From Oopsacas minuta (taxonomy: Eukaryota > Animalia > Porifera): a stretch of DNA of 64,000 nucleotides. Made by a program: the position numbers and the translations under genes. The notes under the pieces are model-generated. The model was not told where the DNA came from. It saw only the letters and a list, made by a program, of their open reading frames with translations, and made no database searches. The stretch covers positions 1-64,000 of the forward strand of contig JAKMXF010000222.1 of assembly GCA_024704765.1 (NCBI GenBank), written 5' to 3'. Positions 38,501 through 50,007 of this stretch are shown here, in pieces (the first letter of the stretch is position 1; each line of letters opens with the position of its first letter).

Positions 38501-41057
38501 ATGCCTCCTGTCCACACGTACTGGCCATCGAATCCATACGAGGATAGATCATCTCCAATTCCTCCCTCGCAGAGAGCTTGCTGATTCGTATAATCTTCAA
38601 ACTCAAAGTGAGAAGAGTTAGAATTAGCACAACGAGATGAATCATATGATGGTAGATTAGAGAAGTAATCCAAAGCAATCCATCCTACTCTAAAGTGTCT
38701 AGTATGTAGGAATAATTCAGCTTCTACCTCGTAATACCATTTAGTGTATGTAGCAGAGCTAGGTAGCTTGCTAATACAGAGATTAGCACGTACTATGTGT
38801 ATCTTAGTTACGTTAATTGTTCTTAGTAAAAGATTCTCAGTCAGTGGAGTCTTCAAAAGATTATTGCAGATTACGTTTTGATTTCGACGAATAGCCGTCC
38901 CATTACATACACAGAGACAGGTTAATAACTCTAATATCTTTTCATTACGTCCGAAACAACGGAATAACTGAATTATTCGCAAAATGTCTCTCTTTTGAAA
39001 GTTATTCAGAATTTCTGAATTTTCTTGAAATGCTCTGAGCAGAACAGTCAGCACTTGTCGATTGTATTTAGGATCTTCTAACATGGAAATAAACAGCTGT
39101 AGATTTTGATTCTTAGCAAAATGTTTACAACACTCAGGATTATGTTTTAAGAACACTGACAGTGTATCGAGAAGAGAACATTTTATCTTTTCTATTCTAG
39201 GAGACATAGAAGTAGAGCCCCGAGAGATACGACCAAAGGACAGCTTAGGAATTCCAGAGCCTGAATAGTTTCTGTAAATTTCATCCACGTCAAAAGAAAG
39301 AGGTAGAAAACTCTCAAACAATCCTTCATGAGTAATAAGATTATCTACTTTAGGGGAGAACTCTTCTAGAATCTCTATAAGACGTTCACAAATCAAATGG
39401 AATTGTCTGTCATATTTTGTTTCCTTCACTTTAGTTCTGAAATTAGATATTCGTCTACATAGAATGGGAATAAATATATAACATATGAATATAGTTATAA
39501 CATCTTACCTGTCAGTTATATATATGTTAGTAGCTCCCTTTCTCTTCTCAGAAGATGTAGCGGTTATATTGAGTCCGTATTTAGAGTTAATACCCTCAGA
39601 TAGGAACATAGCAGGTCTGGACTTCTTCTGGTCCTCTACCGTTCCAGTTGCAAATCCAACCCAGAGAAGGTGAGGAGATGACGCAGTAGTTGTGACGTAG
39701 CCGCGAGAGGATTTAAAGTCAGGTAAGTGTTGTAGTAATACTAAGGAATAAAATTTAAAATATATATTATATAAAATAGCAAATAAATACCTAAAGGATC
39801 TCCCATCTTAATTTGAGCTTTAAATAACTGATCATCTTTCTGTCCCCATACAGAGGTATCATCTACATTCTTTCTTAAACAAAATATAGAATTATTAAAC
39901 AGAGCTGTTTCTTCTGATAATAGAACTATGAAATTCTTTTTCTTATCAGTATCCATTCTAGATCCAAGAAACTTCCCAGAGACAATATGTCTGAGTCTGA
40001 ATGGTTGTCCCCACTGTAGATGGAACCCTCCCCATTTGAGCTGTAACAGTTCTATCCTCCAAATAGATTGTACCTAATAAAGTGTTAATAAATAAACAAA
40101 TAAAATACAATAGCATAATATACTAACTTCATTCTTATTATTAGTTAATTCAAACTTAAGAACTTCATCAGTACAATGACCTCCCTCTTCTTCTGTACAT
40201 CCTACCATGAAGTAGCTACTGGTATGTCTGCAGTAGAATTGCACAGACTCCTGTCCACACAGGAATCCTAGAATATATTGTGATAAATATTAATAATACT
40301 AATAACAACAACATTAATAATAACAAGTACAGACCTACATCCTGTTCTCTAGCTGCTATAGATGTGAATAGTTGCAGAGCCCACAGAGTCTTGTTAAAAG
40401 ACGCGATCACAGTAGAAGATTGAGTCATCTGTGGTAAGTTAGGGAAATCAGGAGCTTGAAAGGGGGAGACTACATCTCTACTAGTGTCTATGTCAGCACA
40501 CAGATATCTGTCAAATGAGAAATTCTTCAACAGGACATCATCTCCTGCTCGAACCTTCTCTCCTTCCGATCGAGTAACTTGTCCGGGTACAATAACAAAC
40601 CAACAACACGCGTCATCCTCCTGCTGTAAGTGTATTTGATATGATAGCTTATCGCTGTTGAGAGGAAATCCCCGACAAGACAAGAACTTGTCAGAATGTG
40701 AATGTTTGAGTTTAATAGCATTACCATATAATACTGCTCGTTTCGTCTTAACTTTTCCCTAACAAACACATACACGTAATTAATGCAATATAAATATACT
40801 CAAATAAAGCCACAAACCTCTTTCTGATCTAGAGAATGTACAGAGCAAACTGTATCAACTACAAACTCAACCTGCCAGGCTAGCCTGAATAGAGATCCGT
40901 CTGACGGAAGTGTTGGTACAAGATGACATCCCCCTGTACCGAACCCTTCTGAGCAGATAGCCAAGTTATTCTGAGCTTCATTTGATGTATGAAATTGTAG
41001 ATAAACTGAATCTTGTGTCTTTATGTAAGTGGTGTAGTCTTCGAATTCAGAACTCAT
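26526..41057 (-). CDS. RYR: Ryanodine receptor (RyR-family Ca2+-release channel), 9 exons, ~4,650 aa
   Basis: N-terminal domains (SEGFG..CHL, RSEGEKVRAGDDVLL, WGQPFRLRH), SPRY domains, RyR Repeat1-2 (FVPNPIDVSDIKLP..AEYLHDVWAVNKIDYGW..LHPDLIPY), FLQLLCEGHN, LTEYIQGPC, an EF-hand pair, IIDAFGELR, CFICG and TGQESYV. SPRY domains and RyR repeats exclude an IP3 receptor. Confidence 0.97.
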
Positions 41058-41544
41058 ATTAGCATGGCTTGTAAATATGTACAGAATACAATTTATACTA
41101 CAAAAAGGTCACAAGGTAGACACAGATAGAACATGTGCGTCATCTTAAAGTAGGGCTTTGCTACATTAGAATTCATGAAATATTTACAAACAATAGACCT
41201 TAATATGTTGCATTTATTGAGCGCTAGAAACCAGCGAGGTAAATTGTGATATATTCAATTGTGAGAATAAGATTTGGGTGTATTTATAGATAATCAAGGT
41301 ATGTGGAAACAGAACCTAAGTGAATTTGAAAAGTAGCAACTTGAAGCCAGACTGTAAGTATAGTAATAGCCCTAATTGCCTTCAGAATCAAATTGTGAAC
41401 TGAAGCCATCTCTGACCAGCTTAGCAAGGTTCCAAGTGAAACCAAAATAGATTTCCTTATTAGCTCTCTAATCATATACAGTCTTATAATATTAAACACG
41501 CAAACTAGATATAACACATTGCATGCCAATTAAAGGAATTGTTA

Positions 41545-42521
41545 CTAAGCAAAGAATATAAGGAAAATAATAACAAATATTACTATAACACAGAATACTT
41601 GTATCATAAGCCATCTCCCTGAGCTGAGAGATCGGAGATACTTCAATAGTTCCATGTGGGCAGCTTCTACATTAGCAGACACGTCAGTAACATTCTGATC
41701 TATCCTTAGCACTTCTTCCTCCTGTTCTTGTATCATGGTAGCTAGCTGTCTGAATATCTGAGCTAGTTCCTGGACAGTAGATTCTATGCTCTCCATAGTC
41801 TCAGCTCTATCCTACATTCACAGTGTAAATTGTAATCAATTAATCAGAAGTAGTGTCTAACCTGGTAGAAAGATTGTGATTGATCTGTAAGGAACATTTG
41901 TTGCTGATTAGAGTCAGAATTAGTAGGAGAGTTGTCTATGTTAATAGTAACGTCATCTTGTGTAAGAATAGAATTCTGTTTCCTCTGTACAATCTGGTTA
42001 GACTGCATAGATTGAATATCAGAAATAAAATACTCTTCTCTTCTACTCTTCTGAGCCTTAAGATTCTCTGTACGAGATTCTAACACTGTTTTAAAGTTCT
42101 TTGCTACATTAGCCAGATTAGATTGTAACCACTGTAGTACATTACTGGAGTATGTAAAATGATTCCTGTTATTGTGATCATCAGGCTTATGAGTAATAGA
42201 CAGCTGTTTCAGCTCTGCTATCTGTCTGTTCAGGTCACACAAATCTCCTCGTATTATGCCAGTCAGCTCCTGGATACGAGCAGAATGGTTCTCAAACAAT
42301 TTGGACTGAGAAGCAAGCATAGATAGTTGCTCTAACTTCTGATAAGTATCACCTAAATTCCTTCCTAATCTCTTAGCCCTATCAGTAAATGAAGAGGGAG
42401 TATTCTCACTCATTTCTGCTAGAGCAGCTCCTCTCCTAATCCCGTTATTAACAACAGCATTATGACCTATATTACTCTTGATAATGCTACGGAACTCTAC
42501 GGTCCGATCTCTAGACACCAT
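41545..42521 (-). CDS. STX5: Syntaxin-5, 2 exons: 42521-41862 and 41811-41545, 308 aa
   Basis: N-terminal RDRTVEF Sly1-binding motif, Habc domain, SNARE motif (RAETMESIESTVQELAQIFRQLATMIQEQEE) and a C-terminal TM (RWLMIQVF...). 50-bp intron. Confidence 0.95.
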
Positions 42522-42829
42522 ATGATATATACTTCTTTATAAGTAATACAATCCTTGTATTAAACCTCTAAATATTATCCAATCAATAAACTCCACAAAG
42601 AAATAATATACGTATATAAGGTAATAGGACAGGCAATACGCAACTATAAAGTGAGAAGAAATAGAAAAGAATATCATATTTATAAGCTATACGATCCTCT
42701 TTATAATTGCCTTATATTATATACGCATGTGTCTATGATATTAATATCGCATATACATATATATATTATGAATATTAACATTTATAAAATACAAAATTCA
42801 AACATAGGAATATCGTAATATTCAGTTAT

Positions 42830-45800
42830 TCAGGTAGAACGAATAGAGAGACAGTTAAACCAAATTTCCGAACAATATTTGGTGGAAGCATGAAACTTCT
42901 CTGACTTACCTTTCGAAGAGAAAGATATCGTGAGGGAAGAAGGGTTACTTCCGGTAGTCAGGTGAACTTTATCTATTTCTGATAGTTTGAATATATACTT
43001 TGGAACTTCCTGCTTTATGTGAGCCTCTGGGGCGTGAAAAAGCGCAAAATAGTTCTTATTAAGATCGCATACTGCCCAGAACCTTTTCGAAGTTCCAATA
43101 ACCGGTTTGTTTTGACGATACAAATAACCAGAACACACATACATTGATATAGTTACCTCTTTAGTTGCTTGTGCCTCTGATTTAAGTTCTTTAGGCAGAT
43201 GGGAATAGAAGTTCTCATCATTAGATTGTGTGGATAGAACACAGTTCCTCTTGAGACTACCTCTCTGTTTCAGTCCAAAAGATAGAGCTCTAGCTTGTCT
43301 CTCTTTACTCAGCCACACACCAGTATCTTCTTCAGATTCAGAGCTAGAGTCAGAGTAAGGGTAAAGCAGTTTTTGCTTCAAATCGTGTTCTTTCTGCTTC
43401 AAATCTTGTAGAGTAGAGTTCAATAGACTCAGAGTATTAAGCAAATTCACTCCAGACCCATAAGGTATCTGTGTATTAGTGTTATACTTCGCATAATAGC
43501 TAGTCCATGGTTTGAGTGCAGGTAGAGCACACACTGGGGTGAGACATACAAATGTGTGGAAAGGTGTAGAATTACTACGAAGTAGATGGTAAGTAGAATT
43601 GTAAAAATTGTTATACTCAAGATTGTGGAAATGTAACCATGTCCATAAAGATAGGGTCTTCTTATCCAATTCCAGAGCAAAATACTCCTCAATACTGTTA
43701 GCTAGAAAATCACCGAATCTAGCAGAATAGGAATGAAGAATCAAAAAATGTAGAAACTCTTCATTGAACTCAAATACAGAAGGGAACTGCTGCATGATCT
43801 GCCATACACACTCAATAAACTGTAAGAATACAGGACTCTCTTCTTTGTGGTGCTCAGATAGAGGAAGGTTCCTTTGCTGGAATTTGTGTCCAAACCAAAT
43901 CCATTCTTTCTGTATTAGTACTTGGAACCCATCCATAGTCCTGTAGTAAGGATCTAGCATAAGCTGTGCTAAACTCACTACTTGTGTTGTAAAGTCATAA
44001 CCTGACTCAAATGATACAAGAACAGACATTTGTTCATCTTCTAGCTTCTCTGCGACATATTTCGCGGTTTGTAATAATTTATTAATCTCTCGCATCCATC
44101 TAGTACTCTGTAACATGGTCAAATAGTCCCCAGTAGCTTCAGAATTGAGGAGAGCTTGCAAACGAGATAGTAGTACCTTTAGTTTGGGAAGAGGGGTATG
44201 AGAAAAGGAATGTTCTAGAACACAGCCAGGATAGAGGAAGGTTTGCATCTTTTCCTTTGATATAGAAGATGGTTGACTACCATCTATTAGTTCAGAAGAA
44301 TCTCTCTCGCAGAGGATAACAAGTTTATCACCTTGTCTAGAATTATTATGACAGACAGCTGCCAAATAGTCTCCATCAAGTTGAGACTTCTCAAACTTCT
44401 TCCTGGGGATAGAACCAGATCTCAGGAGAGCAGCACCATTCCCAGGATGTCTCCAGCATAGGACAGGGAACCTATTATCTCTGAAGAGGGGAGCCAGCTT
44501 ACAAATATCTGTATTAGAATAGGAAAGAGGTACAACTAATCTAGGAGGATAGCTGTAGGGAAGGGAATGGTTCTGACTCTCTAGCTCAAACAATCTCCAG
44601 TCCTGTGTCTTCTTAAGACCTAGTCTAACCAGCTCTTTGTCCAGATCGTACAAACCAGCATGATCGCCAGCACTGAAAGTATCAGGTATCCTCAGAGCAT
44701 TACGATACGATAGAGCTACTTCATAGACAGATCTGTGTGATTGGAAGTTAAGGAAGAACTCTATTGAGGTCACTATAGCATCTAGATCGTGTGTAAACGC
44801 GGGGTGGAACAATATAGTTAGAGTATGACAGTTCTTACAAATTATTCTAAATCCATCTAAATAGGAAGCGAATGGAAGCTTAACAAACCGATTAACCTTC
44901 TCAATACGAGAAATCAGGCCATAAGGGATATTAACCTGTTGAGCATTAGAGAAGTCTATGAATGATTTCTTCTTGGTATCCGGCACTTCAGGAATGAGAG
45001 AGGGTGGGGTTGGATAAAATTCAGGGAGACTGTGTACCTCATTCTTAATTGATGACGATGTGAAGGATCCAGATCTCATAGGGGGTAGTAGAGGATTGAA
45101 AGGAGAGGATGAGTTCTGTTTGTAGTTAGGAATCATTGGTTTATTAGAAAGAGGATGATCGTTAATAGCAACAAGGCTATCTACAGTCTTGACAGGACAG
45201 AACGTCTTATCGTGAGTAGTAAAGGATTTAGAAGCTCTCTTCTTACTACGAGTAGTGCTAGGCTTTAGGGAATTAGGCTTAGTTATTGGTAGCTCGTGTA
45301 GATGCACATCATTAACATCAATAGGACAGTAGAATGTAGATTTATTCTCTAGAGACATAGAGTTAGCTTTAGTCTTACGTAGTAGTGTAAGCACCTTCTT
45401 AGATTTATTTGGTTGTCTTAAAGGTGAGGGATTTTCTTCTGAAGTAACAGATTGAGACAGGTCACGATGTTTCGCGGATTCTGAGTCACTAAGTTGCCCT
45501 CTGCTGTTAGCTATTCCGTTTTCAGGAGAAGTACATTGTCCTACCTCCATACGAGAGATATTCTCCTCACTCCTCCATGTAACAAAATCATCAATTTTCT
45601 TGATCTTACTACTTCGCCTAGTGGAGCTATTCCTGGGTGTGGTAAGACTGGAAGCTCCGTGTAATTGAGGATGTGTTTTAGGCTTAGCGGATGATTCATC
45701 AAACCATTGACGTAGTTTTGTAGGACTAGCAGACTTTATAAGCAGTAACAGACGTGATGAAGTAATACACAGATTAGCTAGTTGTACAGGAGACCCCGCC

Positions 45801-45982
45801 CATAAGGTCAAAACGTGCTCATGTTCCTTAAGAGGATCCTCTCCAGGAGTGAGAGAGAAGGAAAGACCCAGACAAGACTCATTTGTAGAGGATAATCTCT
45901 CAAACAGAGAGAAGCTGATCCTATCTTCTATGTGGCTGAATCGTAGTCTAGGTGACGTCACGGGCTCTTTCAGGCATGCCAT
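42830..45982 (-). CDS. Myotubularin-family pseudophosphatase, SBF1/SBF2 (MTMR5/13)-like, with coiled coil and C-terminal PH domain, single exon, 1050 aa
   Basis: RFPVLCWRHP and LAQLMLDPYYRTMDGFQVLIQKEWIWFGHKF motifs. The catalytic loop reads SFESGYDFT (no Cys, no Arg). C-terminal PH-like domain (CSGYLYRQ..KRFWAVCD..FALF). Confidence 0.88.
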   Translation of the reverse strand: MACLKEPVTSPRLRFSHIEDRISFSLFERLSSTNESCLGLSFSLTPGEDPLKEHEHVLTLWAGSPVQLANLCITSSRLLLLIKSASPTKLRQWFDESSAKPKTHPQLHGASSLTTPRNSSTRRSSKIKKIDDFVTWRSEENISRMEVGQCTSPENGIANSRGQLSDSESAKHRDLSQSVTSEENPSPLRQPNKSKKVLTLLRKTKANSMSLENKSTFYCPIDVNDVHLHELPITKPNSLKPSTTRSKKRASKSFTTHDKTFCPVKTVDSLVAINDHPLSNKPMIPNYKQNSSSPFNPLLPPMRSGSFTSSSIKNEVHSLPEFYPTPPSLIPEVPDTKKKSFIDFSNAQQVNIPYGLISRIEKVNRFVKLPFASYLDGFRIICKNCHTLTILFHPAFTHDLDAIVTSIEFFLNFQSHRSVYEVALSYRNALRIPDTFSAGDHAGLYDLDKELVRLGLKKTQDWRLFELESQNHSLPYSYPPRLVVPLSYSNTDICKLAPLFRDNRFPVLCWRHPGNGAALLRSGSIPRKKFEKSQLDGDYLAAVCHNNSRQGDKLVILCERDSSELIDGSQPSSISKEKMQTFLYPGCVLEHSFSHTPLPKLKVLLSRLQALLNSEATGDYLTMLQSTRWMREINKLLQTAKYVAEKLEDEQMSVLVSFESGYDFTTQVVSLAQLMLDPYYRTMDGFQVLIQKEWIWFGHKFQQRNLPLSEHHKEESPVFLQFIECVWQIMQQFPSVFEFNEEFLHFLILHSYSARFGDFLANSIEEYFALELDKKTLSLWTWLHFHNLEYNNFYNSTYHLLRSNSTPFHTFVCLTPVCALPALKPWTSYYAKYNTNTQIPYGSGVNLLNTLSLLNSTLQDLKQKEHDLKQKLLYPYSDSSSESEEDTGVWLSKERQARALSFGLKQRGSLKRNCVLSTQSNDENFYSHLPKELKSEAQATKEVTISMYVCSGYLYRQNKPVIGTSKRFWAVCDLNKNYFALFHAPEAHIKQEVPKYIFKLSEIDKVHLTTGSNPSSLTISFSSKGKSEKFHASTKYCSEIWFNCLSIRST

Positions 45983-46002
45983 AAGTTCTAATTAATTATT
46001 TT

Positions 46003-47256
46003 ATGTATAACCAGCTACTACAGACTATAATACAATGTAAGTACATAATATTAGCTATGAGGACAGTATTTAAAGTATTGATAACGTGGATAACACTGTT
46101 GATACTGGATACATCACTAAAATATGCCTGGAGAGATGATGAACTGAAACAGCCAAGACCTAAGAGAGTATTGCTACTGTTAGCATTCGTTATAAACTCA
46201 TATATTACAGATCTAGCTATTCAACAGATAACCATAGGTTATAAGAAGAGAAATAAGATTACAGCAAGATATGTGACTAAGGGGTTAATTGCTTTTGGAC
46301 TAGTCACAAATTCCGCGAGTTACACAATCTCTAGCAACTATCAACTTATCAATGACCTCGCGAAATTAGGATTTCTAATGTTAGGCTACACACAGATGAT
46401 CGGACTGACATTTATTGCTACATATATACTCACCAAATCGCAAATTTTAACACTTTCCCGTAAACTTCATTCAATTTCTTTACTACTAGCAACTATAGTG
46501 ACTGTATACGGAGTATACAACTGTATTAGTGACTGGCATATAACGGAAATCGATTATAAAATGCAAAATTTCAAAGCTGATAACTTCAAAATAGTATTCA
46601 TAACAGATATTCATATCAATCCAGCTATAGGTGAGAGAGATATAGAGTACCTGATCGCGAAAGTTAATACATTAAATCCAGACCTAGTACTGCTGGGTGG
46701 TGACCTTATAGATATGCCAGTGAAGGAGGGAGCACATATCCTAGCACATCTGCGAAATTTAACACCTAAGATAGGAGTATATTTCGCACCAGGTAACCAT
46801 GACTACAAATCTGACATAGAGGAATTAGTTAAACAGCTGAATAAGTTAGGTGTTAAGAGCTTAATGAATCAAAAAGTGAGAATATTCGGTGATGAAGGTT
46901 GGTTCTATTTGTCAGGGGTAGAGGATCTGGGTGCTACTAATCAACACAGATTAGACTTTGAACTTGCACTAGATGGACGTGTGACAAACCGCGAAACCAT
47001 CCTCTTAACACACAGACCGATAACAGCTGACATGGCACTCAGTAAGTACAAGAATATAAACCTAATCCTATGCGGACACACACACGGAGGGGAGAGCTTC
47101 CCTATGAGCATCCTAATATACCTAACTAACCCGTATTTCGCAGGGGAATATGACGTCACAGATAGTAAGATATTCGTTAGCGTAGGAGCTATGTACTACA
47201 ATATTCCTATACGACATGTGTTCAAGAGGGAGATTGTTGTAATTAATTTAAACTAA
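46003..47256 (+). CDS. TMPPE: Transmembrane protein with metallophosphoesterase domain (TMPPE/YkuE-like), single exon; the real start may be the second ATG at 46057
   Basis: Several N-terminal TM segments followed by the calcineurin-like motifs DIH, GDLID, GNHD, LLTHRP and GHTHGG. Confidence 0.9.
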   Translation: MYNQLLQTIIQCKYIILAMRTVFKVLITWITLLILDTSLKYAWRDDELKQPRPKRVLLLLAFVINSYITDLAIQQITIGYKKRNKITARYVTKGLIAFGLVTNSASYTISSNYQLINDLAKLGFLMLGYTQMIGLTFIATYILTKSQILTLSRKLHSISLLLATIVTVYGVYNCISDWHITEIDYKMQNFKADNFKIVFITDIHINPAIGERDIEYLIAKVNTLNPDLVLLGGDLIDMPVKEGAHILAHLRNLTPKIGVYFAPGNHDYKSDIEELVKQLNKLGVKSLMNQKVRIFGDEGWFYLSGVEDLGATNQHRLDFELALDGRVTNRETILLTHRPITADMALSKYKNINLILCGHTHGGESFPMSILIYLTNPYFAGEYDVTDSKIFVSVGAMYYNIPIRHVFKREIVVINLN

Positions 47257-47366
47257 CACATTTTTATTATGCATATAAGCTCTAATTAAATCAAGTTCCC
47301 TGCAAACAGATGGATACATTCCTTCCCGACTAATATGCTGCCAAGATACGTATTAATTAATATCAG

Positions 47367-49767
47367 TTATATCTGCTGTACATTTTGTTGCTGCTTATAA
47401 CGATACTCTAGAGATGAGGTACCCATAACAGCTGATTCTGTGACGTATACTGAATTAACCTCTGTACCAGGTAGGTCAAACATCGCGTCTAGTAACAGTT
47501 TCTCTAGGATAGCTCTAAGTCCTCTAGCACCTAATATATAAGATCAATACAATTACGGTAGATGCCGGTTATAAGAACATGTATTGCTATTCCCACGGGT
47601 TCTTATAACCAGAATCCACTGCACTTAATCTTATACGTAGTTAACTCACCAGTCTCTTTCTGCTTAGCTAATTTAGCTATAGCACAAAGAGCTTCAATAG
47701 AAAAGCTTAGTTGTATCTTATCCATATCAAACAGGTGTTGGTACTGCGGTATAAGAGCATTCATGGGCTCTGTGAGTATCTTAACCAGGTCACCTTCTGT
47801 TAGAGGACTGAATGGTACTATTATAGGTAATCTCCCTACAAACTCTGGTATCATACCGAATGTTATAAGATCTTTGGATTCAGCTTCTCGCATAAGGAGA
47901 GGGTCTACTGTCTCTTCTTCATTCTATAATTCAGATTAAATAAAATTCGTTAAAACGATAATATATTCTACTTACATTACTAGAATCTGGTTTCTGAGCT
48001 TCAGAACTGCGACTAATAACAGGAGCTCCAAACCCAATCAACTTCTTCTCTTTCCTCACAGCTATAATCTTGTTAATACCAGAGAATGCTCCAGCTGCAA
48101 TGAATAATATATTAGAAGTGTTAATAGTAACGGAGTTACTCTCTGCTCCTCTCCTCCTGCTTTTATCTGGTATATTAACAGAAGATCCTTCCAGCAACTT
48201 TAACAAACCTAAACAAATATAGTAGTAACGATATAACTAGAGTATATGTATAATCAGTACATACCTTGTTGTACTCCCTCTCCACTGACATCTTTCAGAT
48301 ATCTCTGTCCTCCGCTAACACAAGCTATCTTATCCACTTCATCTAAGAATACTATACCTGTCTCAGCTCTCTCTACAGAGCCTCTAGACTCATGTACTAG
48401 TTTAACTACAACAGATTCAATATCCTCTCCTACATATCCTGCTTGTGTTAGTACAGTACAATCACAAATAGCTAATGGGACATCTAGATACCTGTAATAT
48501 ATAGCATAAATATGCACTACTGCATTAATTGGGGACTGCGTAACCTCTACAAATGGGGTGACAGGGACGCCGAAATAATACCCTGGCCCCACAGGCCTCG
48601 TTAGTGGAGGTTACACTGTATTATATTAAACTCACTTAGCTAATGTTTGTACGAGCAGAGTCTTGCCAGATCCTGTAGGTCCTAGCATTAATATATTACT
48701 TTTGTCCAATAACGTAGCGGGAGTAGGTTTATGTCTCTTCTCACTTGATGACGTCATATCTTGCTGTTCCTTATTAGAAGTAAGAGTACCTTCATTCAGT
48801 CTTTCTATTAGCTCCTATTAGAATATACTTATACAGAACTGCTACAGTAAACAGCTGTTAATTAGCTACCTGGTAGTCTTTAGGAGGCTTAATAGGTACT
48901 AGAATAGATGTAAGAGGTATACCTTTCATATCGTTAGACTGGTGCCATAGTTTCGGCTCGTCTTGTTCACTACTAGCACTTGTATTAGCAGCGGACTTTG
49001 CATTTAAACTACACAAAATAATATCCATGGTTCATCTGTAGTATAAGATATATAATTAATGGGAGTTATACCTTAATCGTTTGTAATGGTTATACACGGC
49101 TACAGCAAGTACCTTCTTAGCATGATCTTGTCCTACTACATACAAATCGAGATGTTTGTATATCTCTTTAGGAGTAGGTACCCCGTTATTGAAAGGAGAA
49201 TTATTCTTATCAAGATCTTCTTCATCAAATTCATCATCAGGAAGTGAACTAGCAGTACTTATATCATTTCCCAGCTGTTCAGATTCCTGCTGTATTTCCT
49301 CTTTAGTTAGTTCCCCAAGGAATTTGTTATCATTGTTAAGTCTGTAGAGACGATTGCAGTTCTCACATCTCGCGAAATTCGAGTGAGAAATGGGATAGAG
49401 GAGGAGAGGGTGTTTACAGTAGTGACACACTAATGTGTCGCCTGTGCTATCACTGCCATTTCCTGTTACATCATCTGATTTAAACCTAGCAACTAGATCA
49501 ATACATTGGAATTTAGTGGTGAATAAAATACCTTAGAGAAATAGTGCTAGATATCTTGGAGTAGATATTTGTATTTAAATACAAGTATAGAGTGTTATGT
49601 GTGAAGTTCCGCGATGTTATATTCATGATAGGAGAGGTGTTGTGTGCCAGCTGTGAGGCTGAGGTGTGAATTTTCGCATGTGTAGTCAGATGGTATGTAC
49701 AGTGTAGATGTACAATGCAACCTCTAATCCATTGCAGACTCTGTTTACCTCTAGCATGTAGCATCAT
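47367..49767 (-). CDS. CLPX: Mitochondrial ATP-dependent Clp protease ATP-binding subunit ClpX, multi-exon
   Basis: Presequence-like N-terminus, C4 zinc finger (CHYC...CENC), [34 protein letters not shown], Walker [19 protein letters not shown], Walker [20 protein letters not shown] and [10 protein letters not shown]. Confidence 0.96.
48534..48620. mobile_element. MITE-like element, family B, in a CLPX intron (48492-48635)
   Basis: Imperfect terminal inverted repeats gactgcgtaacctctac / gtggaggttacactgta. Ends and an internal cagggacgcc..aataat segment are shared with copies at 60022-60176 and ~60690-60739. Confidence 0.65.
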
Positions 49768-49785
49768 GTCTTGTTACAGGTGTGG

Positions 49786-49799
49786 AATTTCGCGAAATT
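49786..49799. promoter_or_regulatory. Perfect 14-bp palindrome AATTTCGCGAAATT just upstream of the CLPX start (CGCG-core element)
   Basis: Palindrome read directly, with another ttcgcgg ~30 bp away, in a 240-bp intergenic gap. Function is inferred only. Confidence 0.35.
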
Positions 49800-50007
49800 T
49801 GGATTATATTAACATCTATTTCGCGGTTATCACGCTACACTCACGAATGTATTAATATATCCTAAAATAATTAAATAGACATATAAGCATGTATAATACA
49901 TCAAAATATTCATATATAGGATACAGGTGAGTGTGGAATTTCAGTTTGTGAAATCTAGAAATAAAATTGCGTCAATGATCTTTAAAACTGTTAAAAACCG
50001 CGAACAG

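Noticed and set aside
46003-49767. Bacterial contamination or recent horizontal transfer of the YkuE-like phosphoesterase and ClpX
   Set aside because: Both families have animal members (TMPPE, mitochondrial CLPX). CLPX has spliceosomal introns and a presequence, and composition matches the neighbours.
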